From Bacteroidia bacterium (GTDB lineage Bacteria; Bacteroidota; Bacteroidia; 2-12-FULL-35-15), in assembly GCA_038258655.1 (NCBI GenBank), contig JBBSPS010000003.1:1-49153 (forward strand): 49,153 nt of DNA. Direction: 5' to 3'. Under the pieces are notes generated by a model. That model had not been told where the DNA came from and did not search any database. It saw only the letters and a program-made list of their open reading frames with translations. The first letter of the stretch is position 1. The number at the start of each line of letters is the position of its first letter. The position numbers and the translations under genes are program-made. Of the stretch, positions 18,713 through 28,342 are shown piece by piece.

Positions 18713-18931
18713 TTAAAAAATTGGGGGTTTGGAAATAGGTGAATGGTGTAAAAACACCGAAGCATGTTTGGTTTTATAAAAACTACAAATTACTTCCGTT
18801 TCTTGCTTATCTCCACTTGTCTTTTGATCTATAAGGTATTGAAAGTTCAAAGGAAATTTAATACTGTTTTGCTGTATCATTTGTTTTAACGAAACCAGCT
18901 TTTTTACTTTTTTTTGTGTCATACATGTCAT
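18713..18931 (-). CDS. Small hypothetical protein between gwsG and gwsS (start uncertain: 18931, 18922 or 18880)
   Basis: Stop lies 1 nt before the gwsS start; a positional and weak sequence counterpart exists in cluster 2. Confidence 0.55.
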   Translation of the reverse strand: MTCMTQKKVKKLVSLKQMIQQNSIKFPLNFQYLIDQKTSGDKQETEVICSFYKTKHASVFLHHSPISKPPIF

Positions 18932-19904
18932 TTTTAATAAGATAGTTCGCAATGTCCTTTTCTATATTGTAATTTCCATTAAAAGAAACCCAGTCAAATT
19001 GCCCAACAGGATTTACTTCCAGAAAAACATAATTGTCATTTTTTGTTTTAATAACGTCAATGGAGCCGGAATCTAACCCTAACTTTTTCATTAAGCGTTT
19101 TAATTTTTTTTCTATATCAACTGGCAACTTATACGGAACATATCTATTTGGAAGGGTGTCATTGTAATTCCTGAAATCAATCTGTGTCCGTTCATCAAGC
19201 TGACTAAATATAGCTATTGACTTAAATTTGCCGTCCAAATAAAAGGTTCTTATTTCAAACTCTTTTTCAATGTACTCTTGCAATAAGGATGGAAATATAA
19301 TTGCCTCTAAGCATGCATCCTTATTATCAACCAAACTACTCAACATCGCATAATATTTTTTATCATCCTCCTTAATTCTCACACAATCAGTAAGGGATTT
19401 GGTTATGTATTTTTTATCTGAATTTTGCAGTTCAGTTTCGATGGAATTTGTAACAATGGTAAAAGGAATTTCCAATCCACATTTTTTAGCAATGGCTAAT
19501 ACGTGTATTTTATTTAAGTTTGATGTTTCTACTGCGTTCAACCAAGGAACATCGTTAAAGGAAAGCGCAATAGTAGAATAGAAAAGCTGAAATTCCTTTT
19601 TGAGGTAATTAATAACAACATGTTTGCTTTCAGCTGAACAATTCAGATTCTCATAAAACTCAAAAGAAGTTTCGCTAATCTGTCGTCTGAACCAGACAAT
19701 ACCTATTTCTTTGTCATTTAACCTTGCGTTCCCTTCTCGTATGATTAGTTCCTGAGCTTTTTTGCTTAAAGAAAACTGCATTTGGGTGGTGTCCAATAAT
19801 TCATCCCCGGTAAGTAAAAAATAATTTGCATTCCATGAGGTTAACCAATCCATCACTAATTCCGTGCTGAATTCAGATGTTGCCTGACTTAAAATAAGGA
19901 TCAT
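18858..19904 (-). CDS. gwsG: Grasp-with-SPASM system ATP-grasp peptide maturase (cluster 1)
   Basis: MILILS...STELVMDWL, VWFRR, LNKIHVL..AKKCGL, FPSLLQEYIEKEFEIR, AIFSQ, DFRNY, PNRYVPY and FLEVNPVGQF motifs. Confidence 0.92.
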   Translation of the reverse strand: MILILSQATSEFSTELVMDWLTSWNANYFLLTGDELLDTTQMQFSLSKKAQELIIREGNARLNDKEIGIVWFRRQISETSFEFYENLNCSAESKHVVINYLKKEFQLFYSTIALSFNDVPWLNAVETSNLNKIHVLAIAKKCGLEIPFTIVTNSIETELQNSDKKYITKSLTDCVRIKEDDKKYYAMLSSLVDNKDACLEAIIFPSLLQEYIEKEFEIRTFYLDGKFKSIAIFSQLDERTQIDFRNYNDTLPNRYVPYKLPVDIEKKLKRLMKKLGLDSGSIDVIKTKNDNYVFLEVNPVGQFDWVSFNGNYNIEKDIANYLIKNDMYDTKKSKKAGFVKTNDTAKQY

Positions 19905-19920
19905 CTTTATGAATATAAAA

Positions 19921-19953
19921 CAACCACCAAGTCATAAAGTGACTTGGTGGTTG
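19921..19953 (-). terminator. Hairpin (terminator/attenuator or RNA-stabilising) between precursor and gwsG
   Basis: Perfect 14-bp stem CAACCACCAAGTCA/TGACTTGGTGGTTG with a 5-nt loop, followed by TTTTAT on the minus strand. Confidence 0.75.
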
Positions 19954-19958
19954 GATTA

Positions 19959-20102
19959 TTACAAATTGTCAAAGTAATCAGTATCTCTTCCTCTTAAGGT
20001 TACTGTATATCCACCACCTTTAATTTTTGCTGATTGCTCCATTTTAATTTCAGATTTCTTAAATAGATTTGCATCTAATTTTTTCAATTTTAATTTTTTC
20101 AT
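19959..20102 (-). CDS. RiPP (graspetide) precursor peptide, 47 aa, double-glycine leader
   Basis: Manual translation MKKLKLKKLDANLFKKSEIKMEQSAKIKGG-GYTVTLRGRDTDYFDNL*; AT-rich TAAAATAAA immediately before the ATG; directly upstream of gwsG; below the ORF track cutoff. Confidence 0.85.
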   Translation of the reverse strand: MKKLKLKKLDANLFKKSEIKMEQSAKIKGGGYTVTLRGRDTDYFDNL

Positions 20103-20487
20103 TTTATTTTAGAATTAAATTATTGCCTACTCTGTTTAAAGCTTTTCGGCTACCGCTTTATGATATAAGTCCAAAGGATAGAAAGAAGTTGTAATACTTA
20201 TTTGTGAAAATAATCCATTATTAAAAAATCACGAGAAGGGGGGTGACGGATTTTTTAGGTTTAAACTAAAGCAAGTGAACTAATAGCAAAATTAGTTTTT
20301 TTTATCTTCTTAATTTGAAGCAAAATAAACGACTATTTTTAGAAAAAGCAAATTTTTAGCCGCGTAAATTTAAAAAGAAATGAATGTGTATTTACAAAAA
20401 ATTAAAACATGAAATATCATGCACATTTGTGCAAAAAAACATTGAAAAAATGAAGGATTTGATGTTGAGTAACCATTAAATTTAAAA

Positions 20488-21621
20488 TTATAAACTCTTA
20501 CTGATAAGTTCTGCCACTTCTTCACCAACTACGCTTCCAATAGCAACACCCATTCCACCCATTCGTACAGCGCAAAATACATTTTTACTTACTGCTTTTA
20601 CTATGGTTTTCTTCTGCGGGCCAAGGCCCATAATTCCGCTCCAGCGCATATCAATGGTATAGTGTGTATAAGGAAGGATCATGTTCTTAAGTAAATTATC
20701 CAATTTATTTTGTACCAGATTTGTTAAACCGAATTCAGTAGTTTCTTCCGTTTTAAAATCAAGATTTCTGCCACCTCCGAATAATACACGATCACCTATA
20801 TTACGGAAATAATAATAGCCGCTGTCATAATGAAACGCACCTTTTAATTTTAAATTTTTGATTGGATGTGTAACTACTACCTGTGCACGTGCCGGATTAA
20901 CAGGGTAATCAGGCAATAACTGTTTGGCAAATCCATTGGTGGCTATGATAACGCGTTTGCAAGTGATATGAATTCCATCAATGGTGTGTATAGCAACTTT
21001 TTTACCATCATCATTGAACTCTTTTACTTCAAAGCCATTAATTATCTCTACACCCAAATTGCGCACTTTTGCGATCAAAGCCTTCATCATTTTACCAGTA
21101 TCAATTTGGCCTTCAGCGCTGCTTTTGATCATATTCGTTATATGATTTAAGCCCATTGTTGTGATGCTTTTAGCGGCATCCTGAAAAGTATTTTTTGTAC
21201 CTGTAACAGGCATTATATTTTTATTTAAATAACTTATTTTTTCATTGCACTCTTCAAATATTTTTTTTGAATCAAATACTTCATACCCTCCGTAATTATG
21301 AAAATCAATGGCTTTATCCCCTAAGTTTTTGCGTAATTTTTGTAATCCTTTCCATCGCTTTTCTATCAGGGAAAATACTTCTGCTTCAGGGTTTTTTTTC
21401 AGGTCGTCTAATATTTCTGTAGGGCTTCCAATGCAAGTGAAACCGGCATTTTTTGAGCTGGCACCGCTGGGTAACATGCCTCGTTCGAGCACAATTATTT
21501 TGAGTGACCGGTGTTTTTTTTTGAGATGCAAAGCGGCATTTAGCCCAACAATACCACTTCCTATAATTGCTATATCCACATTATTAAAAAAGGTGGTTTG
21601 TTCCCAATAACTTAAATTCAT
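20488..21621 (-). CDS. FAD-dependent oxidoreductase (DAO/PuuB-like)
   Basis: IIGSGIVG, GASSKNAGF, GYYYFRN and RMGGMGVAIG motifs. Confidence 0.85.
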   Translation of the reverse strand: MNLSYWEQTTFFNNVDIAIIGSGIVGLNAALHLKKKHRSLKIIVLERGMLPSGASSKNAGFTCIGSPTEILDDLKKNPEAEVFSLIEKRWKGLQKLRKNLGDKAIDFHNYGGYEVFDSKKIFEECNEKISYLNKNIMPVTGTKNTFQDAAKSITTMGLNHITNMIKSSAEGQIDTGKMMKALIAKVRNLGVEIINGFEVKEFNDDGKKVAIHTIDGIHITCKRVIIATNGFAKQLLPDYPVNPARAQVVVTHPIKNLKLKGAFHYDSGYYYFRNIGDRVLFGGGRNLDFKTEETTEFGLTNLVQNKLDNLLKNMILPYTHYTIDMRWSGIMGLGPQKKTIVKAVSKNVFCAVRMGGMGVAIGSVVGEEVAELISKSL

Positions 21622-21704
21622 TGCAATAGTTTAAATTGAATTTCTGTAAAGGTAAATTTTAAATTTGAAAATAAAATCCGAAGTTTTAATTAAAATCATA
21701 TTGT

Positions 21705-21790
21705 TAAGCCTAGCGTTGAGGATTGAACAAATGTGCTTCGTCTTTGCTAAAGGTTCAGCGAACGAAGGATACCGCTTCGGCATTTGAGGG
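21705..21790. repeat. Degenerate GC-richer palindromic intergenic repeat
   Basis: CTTCGTCTTTGCTAAAGGTTCAGCGAACGAAG hairpin-like segment in an AT-rich spacer. Confidence 0.4.
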
Positions 21791-21840
21791 GAGTAATCGT
21801 TATTTAATTGCAAACTGCCTACTGATTATTGCCTGTTGGG

Positions 21841-22977
21841 CTAATTACTATCCACTTCTAAATAACAGCAAACCGGAAAGTGATCAGATAATTCTTCGCG
21901 AATGGTCCTGAAATTATATGCTTTAAAATTAGTACTGTGTAAAATGTAATCGATTCTGAAAGAAGGAAAAATTCCTACATAACTTTTTCCAAATCCATTT
22001 CCACTTTCAACAAAAGCGTCATTCAAATTTTTAGAAATAGTATGATAGGTATAAGATGAAGGTGTATCATTAAAGTCGCCGCAAACTATTACCGGATAAG
22101 GTGAAGCTGCGATACTTGTTTCAATCAGATCGGCTTGTTGGGACCTCTTAACAAATGCCAACTTTAAACGCTTAAAAATATTTTTTGAATGTTCTATATC
22201 TTCTGTCTCAACGTCGTTTTGAAGATCTTCCACATATTTATAATCCTCCTTACTGAAAGAAATGGATTGTAGATGCATATTATAAATGCGCACTGTATCC
22301 AAACCAATTTTAATATCAGTATAAATACAAATATTATTACTGTTGTATCCAAAATCCACCTTACCTTTTGAAAGGATTGGATAAGCACTAAAAGTAGCTA
22401 TTCCCCAATGATGCACTCGTTTAACAAGCGTGGTATATTCCACATGTACGTATTTTGCTTTTTGAAATTTGATAAGTGAATCTAAATTATCCAATTGACT
22501 GCTGTCTCTTGAAAAAAATTCCTGTAAACACATAATATCAGGGCTTTGATCGCCAATCAATTGAAATATTTTGGCACGCGTTTCTAAATTATGGCTCCAG
22601 TTATACAGGTCGAAAACTTTTACATTGTAGGACATTACTTTGATCATTTTTTTTGATCCGTCAGGCACATCATTAAAATTGAATTGTACAAAATGATGTA
22701 TGTTAGCCCAACCCGCCAGAATGATAATTAGGGAATAAATCCCTCGTTTTTTTATTTGTACTGACCAATAAATTACAAATACAATATTGGCGAAAACCAA
22801 TAACTGATATGCCAAACCAAAGAATGCGATAAACCAAAAATTTTCAGGGCTAACGTACGATGCAAGGTATGAAATGAGCAAACTAATTGCCACGATGTGA
22901 TTACAAAGCATAGCCATGCGGTTAAAAAAATGGCGTTTGCTTTTTTTTTGTTTTACTGTTTCGGGGGTCTGTTGCAA
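21841..22977 (-). CDS. Endonuclease/exonuclease/phosphatase family protein with N-terminal TM segments
   Basis: KVMSYNV, DIMCLQEF, HLQSI, CGDFNDTP, RIDYI and SDHFP motifs. Confidence 0.9.
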   Translation of the reverse strand: MQQTPETVKQKKSKRHFFNRMAMLCNHIVAISLLISYLASYVSPENFWFIAFFGLAYQLLVFANIVFVIYWSVQIKKRGIYSLIIILAGWANIHHFVQFNFNDVPDGSKKMIKVMSYNVKVFDLYNWSHNLETRAKIFQLIGDQSPDIMCLQEFFSRDSSQLDNLDSLIKFQKAKYVHVEYTTLVKRVHHWGIATFSAYPILSKGKVDFGYNSNNICIYTDIKIGLDTVRIYNMHLQSISFSKEDYKYVEDLQNDVETEDIEHSKNIFKRLKLAFVKRSQQADLIETSIAASPYPVIVCGDFNDTPSSYTYHTISKNLNDAFVESGNGFGKSYVGIFPSFRIDYILHSTNFKAYNFRTIREELSDHFPVCCYLEVDSN

Positions 22978-23119
22978 GCTGGTAATTATTTACTACTGCA
23001 ATTTACAGAATATCTACGAATACGAATCTATGTAATTTAAAGTAGTGGATATGTTGTAAGTTGTACAACGAATAAATTGAATTAAGGGACGTTTAAACCA
23101 ATTAATCAATGACTAAAAA

Positions 23120-26041
23120 CTAATGAATCACATCGTAGATCACTTCCTGAATTTTTGTTCTTATGCCTGATTTTGCAAGTTTGTTATCATCCGCATCAGG
23201 ATACACTCTATTGGAAAGAAAGATATATACCAATTGATTGGCTGGATCGGCCCAAGCTAAAGTTCCTGTAAAACCTGTATGTCCGAAACTTAAATAAGAA
23301 ACACAGCCACATACAGGGCTGTCTTTATCAGGATTCATTTCCGGTTTGTCAAAACCAATTGCTCTCCTGTTATCCTTACAATATTGACATTTTGTAAATT
23401 CATTTACCGTGGCGGAATCGATGTATCGTTTACCACCATATTCACCTTTATTCATAAACAGTTGCATCATTACCGCCAAGTCATTCGCATCTGAAAAAAC
23501 TCCTGCATGCCCTCCTACTCCTCCTAGCATAGCTGCTCCCTGGTCGTGTACATCACCATGAACTAATTGTTTACGAAACTTCGCATCAAATTCTGTAGGA
23601 ACAATCCGGCTTAAATCAAATCGTGCAAGTGGTTTATAACCCATTGTTGTTAAACCAAGCGGATCATAAAATTTATTTTGCACATACACGTTCAACGCAT
23701 TTTTAGCTTCCTGTTCTATTATTTTTTTTAAGAAATAATATCCTAGATCGCTATACAAATATTTACCGGTTTCTTTAACCGGCGATTGTATAATTTGTTT
23801 GTAAATAGTATCTTCATAATTATTATTAATATACAAACCCGCTGCTACACGTTTTGTGAAAAAATCATTCGGAGTTGAATTATAAACCCCTTCTTTATAC
23901 TTTCCATTCACCATCGTTTTTGTCCAAAAAGGAATCCAATCTTTTAATCCTGCCTGATGTGTAAGCATTTCCCTCAATACAATATTTTGTTTGTTACTCC
24001 CCTCCAATTCCGGTAGATAGGAACATAAATTATTATCCAGATTTATTTTTTTCTCATCCACTAATTTCATCACACTTATTGTGGAAGCCACAATTTTAGT
24101 GATGGATGCAAGGTCATACAGGTCATCATTTTTTACTGCTATTTTATTTTCATAGGTATGGTAACCAAATGATTTTCGATAAATTACTTTTCCGTTTTTC
24201 GCGACCAATATTTGGCAACCAGGATACACCTTATCTTTTATTCCTTTCATCGCGATAGTGTCAATCTTTGATAACGCTTTTGAATCGATACCTAACTCTT
24301 CGGGTATTGTATATTTAAACCGAACTACTGTTGTTTGTAAACCTGTTCCGACTGTAAAATAAGGGCTTGACGTAACCGGTAATTTACCTGAAGCAGCGAC
24401 TCCTCCCAAAATTAATTGCGCGGAATAATTTGCGCTAAGGTCATTGTCTTCATAACTCATGATCACACCATCGGCAAATTGAAGGCTGTCCATCTTAGCA
24501 AGTATGTAAGGATTTGCTGCTACATTCACAATTACCTTTGATTGCTTCATCACGGCTTTTAACATGGTCATTTCTTGCGGTGTGAAGCCAAAATTTTTAT
24601 CTGGTTTGTTATTGGTATTGTTAATGTGAATGATCACCAGGTTGTAATTTTTCAAAATATTTAAAACAGTATCGAATACGTCTTTCTTCGCGTCTTTATC
24701 AATTCCAAAATGCGCTATAGGAGCATAATTGGAAAGTGTTTGCTGAAATATATTCACTTCCTTATAACCCAATGAAAGTGATGCGATCCGCAATGTATCA
24801 AGGTTTTGAAGCGGTATGATATTATTTTTATTTTTCAATACTGTCAATGATGCTTCTGTTAACTTGCGATTAATTAACTCTGCATTAGGTGAATTCAGAT
24901 CCGTATATAAGTTTTTAAAATCTATTTTTTTATAGTGATCCAATCCCACCCATTGTTTTACCAACAAAATTTTCATGCAACGTTTATCAATTTCTTCCTG
25001 CGAAATAAACCCGCTATCAACGGCCTCTTTAATTTTTTTGATTGCAGTTGGAACATCTTCCGGAAATAATAACACATCATTTCCTGCTATTAGCGCTTTC
25101 AAATCTACTTCACCAGGTTTATAAAATTTACTAACGCCTTTCATATTCAATGCATCTGTAAAAACAAGCCCTTTAAAACCCAGCGTGTCTTTCAATAAAC
25201 CCGTAACAATTTTTTTAGTGAGTGTAGAAGCCTGGTTAGGTGTTGTATCCAAAGCAGGAATGGATAAATGTGCTACCATTACACTTCCTAAACCTTGCCT
25301 GAATAATTCTTTGAACGGATACAACTCCAATGTATCCAAATGTGCACGTGATGATTTTACAGTTGGTAATGTTTTGTGCGAATCGCTATCAGTATCGCCG
25401 TGTCCGGGAAAATGTTTTGCATTGGCGAGTACTTTATTATCCTGCATCCCATTCATATACATCAATGCTTTGGTGGTAACATTGTATTTATTTTCTCCAA
25501 AAGATCGATTGCTGATAACGGGATTCAACGGATTATTATTAATATCTACTACAGGAGCAAAATTTATTTGCATTCCTAAACGCTTGCATTGACGGGCAAT
25601 TTCAGCACCCATCTCATAAATTAAACTATCATTTTGAATGGCTCCCAATGTCATCTGACGAGGAAATTTTGTTGTACTGTCCAAACGCATCGCCAATCCC
25701 CACTCGGCATCAATAGCCATCAATAGTGGAACTTTAACACACGACTGGTAACAATTGGCAAGCATTGCTTGCCGCATTGGCCCGCCTTGAAAAAATATTA
25801 ACCCACCAATTTTATATTCGTCCACTAACTTATTTATTTCTTTAACGTGAGTCTTGTCTTTATTGGAATAGGCCGCCACCATGAACAATTGCGCGATGCG
25901 TTCTTCAGAAGATAATGTTTTAAAAACAGAATCCGCCCAACGGGTATTGCTCATATAAAACGGAGGATTTTGTACTTGCGCTTTGGAAATAAAACTTAGA
26001 GAAACAACAAGGGAAAGTATAGCGAATGTGATGTTTTTCAT
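23120..26041 (-). CDS. GH3 beta-N-acetylglucosaminidase fused to a beta-lactamase-like serine hydrolase
   Basis: KHFPGHGDTDSDSH and FTDALNM (GH3); DLASITK, YSDLG and FGHTGFTGT (serine hydrolase). Confidence 0.92.
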   Translation of the reverse strand: MKNITFAILSLVVSLSFISKAQVQNPPFYMSNTRWADSVFKTLSSEERIAQLFMVAAYSNKDKTHVKEINKLVDEYKIGGLIFFQGGPMRQAMLANCYQSCVKVPLLMAIDAEWGLAMRLDSTTKFPRQMTLGAIQNDSLIYEMGAEIARQCKRLGMQINFAPVVDINNNPLNPVISNRSFGENKYNVTTKALMYMNGMQDNKVLANAKHFPGHGDTDSDSHKTLPTVKSSRAHLDTLELYPFKELFRQGLGSVMVAHLSIPALDTTPNQASTLTKKIVTGLLKDTLGFKGLVFTDALNMKGVSKFYKPGEVDLKALIAGNDVLLFPEDVPTAIKKIKEAVDSGFISQEEIDKRCMKILLVKQWVGLDHYKKIDFKNLYTDLNSPNAELINRKLTEASLTVLKNKNNIIPLQNLDTLRIASLSLGYKEVNIFQQTLSNYAPIAHFGIDKDAKKDVFDTVLNILKNYNLVIIHINNTNNKPDKNFGFTPQEMTMLKAVMKQSKVIVNVAANPYILAKMDSLQFADGVIMSYEDNDLSANYSAQLILGGVAASGKLPVTSSPYFTVGTGLQTTVVRFKYTIPEELGIDSKALSKIDTIAMKGIKDKVYPGCQILVAKNGKVIYRKSFGYHTYENKIAVKNDDLYDLASITKIVASTISVMKLVDEKKINLDNNLCSYLPELEGSNKQNIVLREMLTHQAGLKDWIPFWTKTMVNGKYKEGVYNSTPNDFFTKRVAAGLYINNNYEDTIYKQIIQSPVKETGKYLYSDLGYYFLKKIIEQEAKNALNVYVQNKFYDPLGLTTMGYKPLARFDLSRIVPTEFDAKFRKQLVHGDVHDQGAAMLGGVGGHAGVFSDANDLAVMMQLFMNKGEYGGKRYIDSATVNEFTKCQYCKDNRRAIGFDKPEMNPDKDSPVCGCVSYLSFGHTGFTGTLAWADPANQLVYIFLSNRVYPDADDNKLAKSGIRTKIQEVIYDVIH

Positions 26042-26058
26042 TTGAACTTTTGCGATTT

Positions 26059-26134
26059 TTTGCCACTAAGGCTCAAAGACTCTAAGTTACACTAAGTCTT
26101 AGTGATTTTTTGTGGCTTTGAGTCTTCGTGGCAA
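26059..26134. repeat. Imperfect palindromic intergenic repeat
   Basis: TTGCCACTAAGGCTCAAAG...CTTTGAGTCTTCGTGGCAA inverted arms. Confidence 0.6.
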
Positions 26135-26244
26135 TAATATTTTGAGCAATTTCTATGCTAAAGTACTATTAATAGAAGGGTGAGTAGAAATAGACTTTTT
26201 ATACTTTTCAACTTTGCGATGTTAATGATAATAAGCTTTATTTT

Positions 26245-26274
26245 ATCACAGATAACACAGATTTACACAGATTT
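26245..26274 (+). repeat. Short tandem repeat (CACAGAT x3)
   Basis: tcacagataacacagatttacacagatttg. Confidence 0.55.
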
Positions 26275-26307
26275 GTATGTCAGAAAAATTTATAATTAGT
26301 AAATACT

Positions 26308-26667
26308 ATGTTTAAAAAAATTTTCGGCATGATGGTTTTGATGATTAGCGTACTTACTGTTAATCTACTTACCGGCTTTATTACCGAATACATCATTCAT
26401 TATAAAATAGATTTAAATACATTCAAGTTTACCGCTATTGCCATGCTTGGATTGGTTTTTATATTGGTTCCGGCATACAGCTATATGAGTTCCCGAATAG
26501 AAATTTTAGTTGCAAGGGTGTTATTGTCAGGAAGCAATTCATTTGGCAAAACGCTCGGACTTTTAATTTCATTCACATTGATATTCAGCATTTTATTTGC
26601 TGTTTATTTACATCAATGGTTTCATATTAATTTGTTGTTGGAGATAAAAAGGAAGTTTTTGGAATGA
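26308..26667 (+). CDS. Hypothetical membrane protein (about 3 TM)
   Basis: Three hydrophobic segments; clean ORF. Confidence 0.7.
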   Translation: MFKKIFGMMVLMISVLTVNLLTGFITEYIIHYKIDLNTFKFTAIAMLGLVFILVPAYSYMSSRIEILVARVLLSGSNSFGKTLGLLISFTLIFSILFAVYLHQWFHINLLLEIKRKFLE

Positions 26668-26698
26668 TTGATTGTTTGAAAAGATAGTACCATTATTT

Positions 26699-28189
26699 TT
26701 ATGGAGTGCTTATTATTTTTCTGTTTGTAGTTCTATTATTCTTATCAATTACTGTTAAGATGTAAACTCCTCTTTCTAAATTATCTATTTTGAATTTCGT
26801 CTGATTGTTGGGTGGTATTCGGAGCACAATATTTCCAAGCAAATCGGTTAATTGTATTTCACTAACATTTATTTTCTCATCTACCTCAACAGTAAAAAAA
26901 CCGTTTGATGGATTAGGATAAATATTTAAATTAAAAGAATCATTTTTAATTTCTTTAATCCCCGTATTAACATCCATATTTATTTTACTAACAAAAACAG
27001 TATATCCTAGGCCAACAAGCGTGTCTGGTCCAAAATAGTTAATTTTACTTGAAAAATTTCCTGTAACAAAAGTATTACCCAAATTGTCGGTACAAATTCC
27101 ATAAACGTATTCATTCCACCAAGAGCCACCACCAGCGATGGCATTAATAAAATTTCCATAGCTATCGTATTTAGCAACAAATGCATCATAATTACCCCAA
27201 CCAGTAAGTGAAACCCCATCAAATGTAGTTGATGGAACAAAAGAACCTCCAATCAATACATTATTTTGTTTGTCTATTGCAATACAACGACCTTCCTGGT
27301 CACTATTATTAATAGCTTGCTTTACCCACAAAGCATTTCCATTTGCATCGTATTTAGCCAGAAAAAGATCATTTCCAGAATATGAGTTCGCGCCACTCGC
27401 AATAAGTGTAAAAGAATCAAAATCAGCAGTATCAATAAAGGAGCCGGTAATATATATATATCCTAATTTATCAGCAATAACAGCATTAGCACAATTTCTG
27501 GAAAGGGAATAATTATTATAATTAATCCCCCCAGCACGTTTTGCCCATAAACAGTTTCCCGATGAATCATATTTAGTAATAAAGATATCTGTCATGCGAA
27601 AGGCGTTAAGAAAGGTGCTTCCAAATGAAGCTGTATCACCGAATTGTCCTGTAACATAACAATTTCCAAGGTTGTCTACACAAACAGAATTACCTTCAAC
27701 ATATGCATTTATATTCCTAGCCCATAGCTGATTACCAGATGTATCATATTTCTTAAGATAGTTGGTATCTTTTCCTGTCAAATAAATAGATCCTAAATTA
27801 TCTAAACTTATTCCATTGCAACTACCTTTACCTCCATTTACTTTCCAGATCATGGTTCCACTGGTATCATATTTTGCAAGCATCGTTTGACTAGGCGAAT
27901 CTCCTGCAACATATATGTATCGTGAATTATCTGAAGCGATTGCCTTGGCAGATCCTGACCATAAATTTACTTGCCAAATTTTCTTACCAAGAGAATTATA
28001 TTTTAAAATCTTTGCTTCCTGCATTGCAGAATCAACTGCGGCATAACAGTTACCCATGCCGTCTGCACAAATTGAATGTTTTGCACCCAGACTATTTTGA
28101 CTTGTAACATCTCCCTTCTTTGTCCATTGCCAGTTTTGCGAGAATGATAAAATTGGAAGAAACAGAAACAGGGTTACAAGTCGTATCAT
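26699..28189 (-). CDS. SBBP-repeat beta-propeller protein with T9SS type A sorting domain
   Basis: Repeated D..GN.YVTG and KYD..GN..W motifs; C-terminal IYPNPS...GVYIL...RKII. Start probably 28189 (ORF track gives 28222). Confidence 0.85.
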   Translation of the reverse strand: MIRLVTLFLFLPILSFSQNWQWTKKGDVTSQNSLGAKHSICADGMGNCYAAVDSAMQEAKILKYNSLGKKIWQVNLWSGSAKAIASDNSRYIYVAGDSPSQTMLAKYDTSGTMIWKVNGGKGSCNGISLDNLGSIYLTGKDTNYLKKYDTSGNQLWARNINAYVEGNSVCVDNLGNCYVTGQFGDTASFGSTFLNAFRMTDIFITKYDSSGNCLWAKRAGGINYNNYSLSRNCANAVIADKLGYIYITGSFIDTADFDSFTLIASGANSYSGNDLFLAKYDANGNALWVKQAINNSDQEGRCIAIDKQNNVLIGGSFVPSTTFDGVSLTGWGNYDAFVAKYDSYGNFINAIAGGGSWWNEYVYGICTDNLGNTFVTGNFSSKINYFGPDTLVGLGYTVFVSKINMDVNTGIKEIKNDSFNLNIYPNPSNGFFTVEVDEKINVSEIQLTDLLGNIVLRIPPNNQTKFKIDNLERGVYILTVIDKNNRTTNRKIISTP

Positions 28190-28342
28190 TCTGATGATTT
28201 TAGATACCCATAACGTGATCATTTACTTTATATTTCAATGTAATCTAAAATAAGTAACAAATTGTTTCCTTAGTATTGTCTATTCTCTTTCGCAGAGATA
28301 AAAGGGTAAGTATTTTTAGTATTTTTGTCACTCAAATTCGCT

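Noticed and set aside
21631-21911. Two overlapping ~60-aa ORFs
   Set aside because: They run through a palindromic repeat and the end of the EEP gene; no coding signal.
23120-24300. Antibiotic-resistance beta-lactamase
   Set aside because: It is the serine-hydrolase domain of a common Bacteroidetes GH3 fusion, more likely involved in peptidoglycan recycling.
26059-26274. CRISPR array or tRNA
   Set aside because: The repeats are short, degenerate and lack unique spacers; no cas genes or cloverleaf seen in the window.
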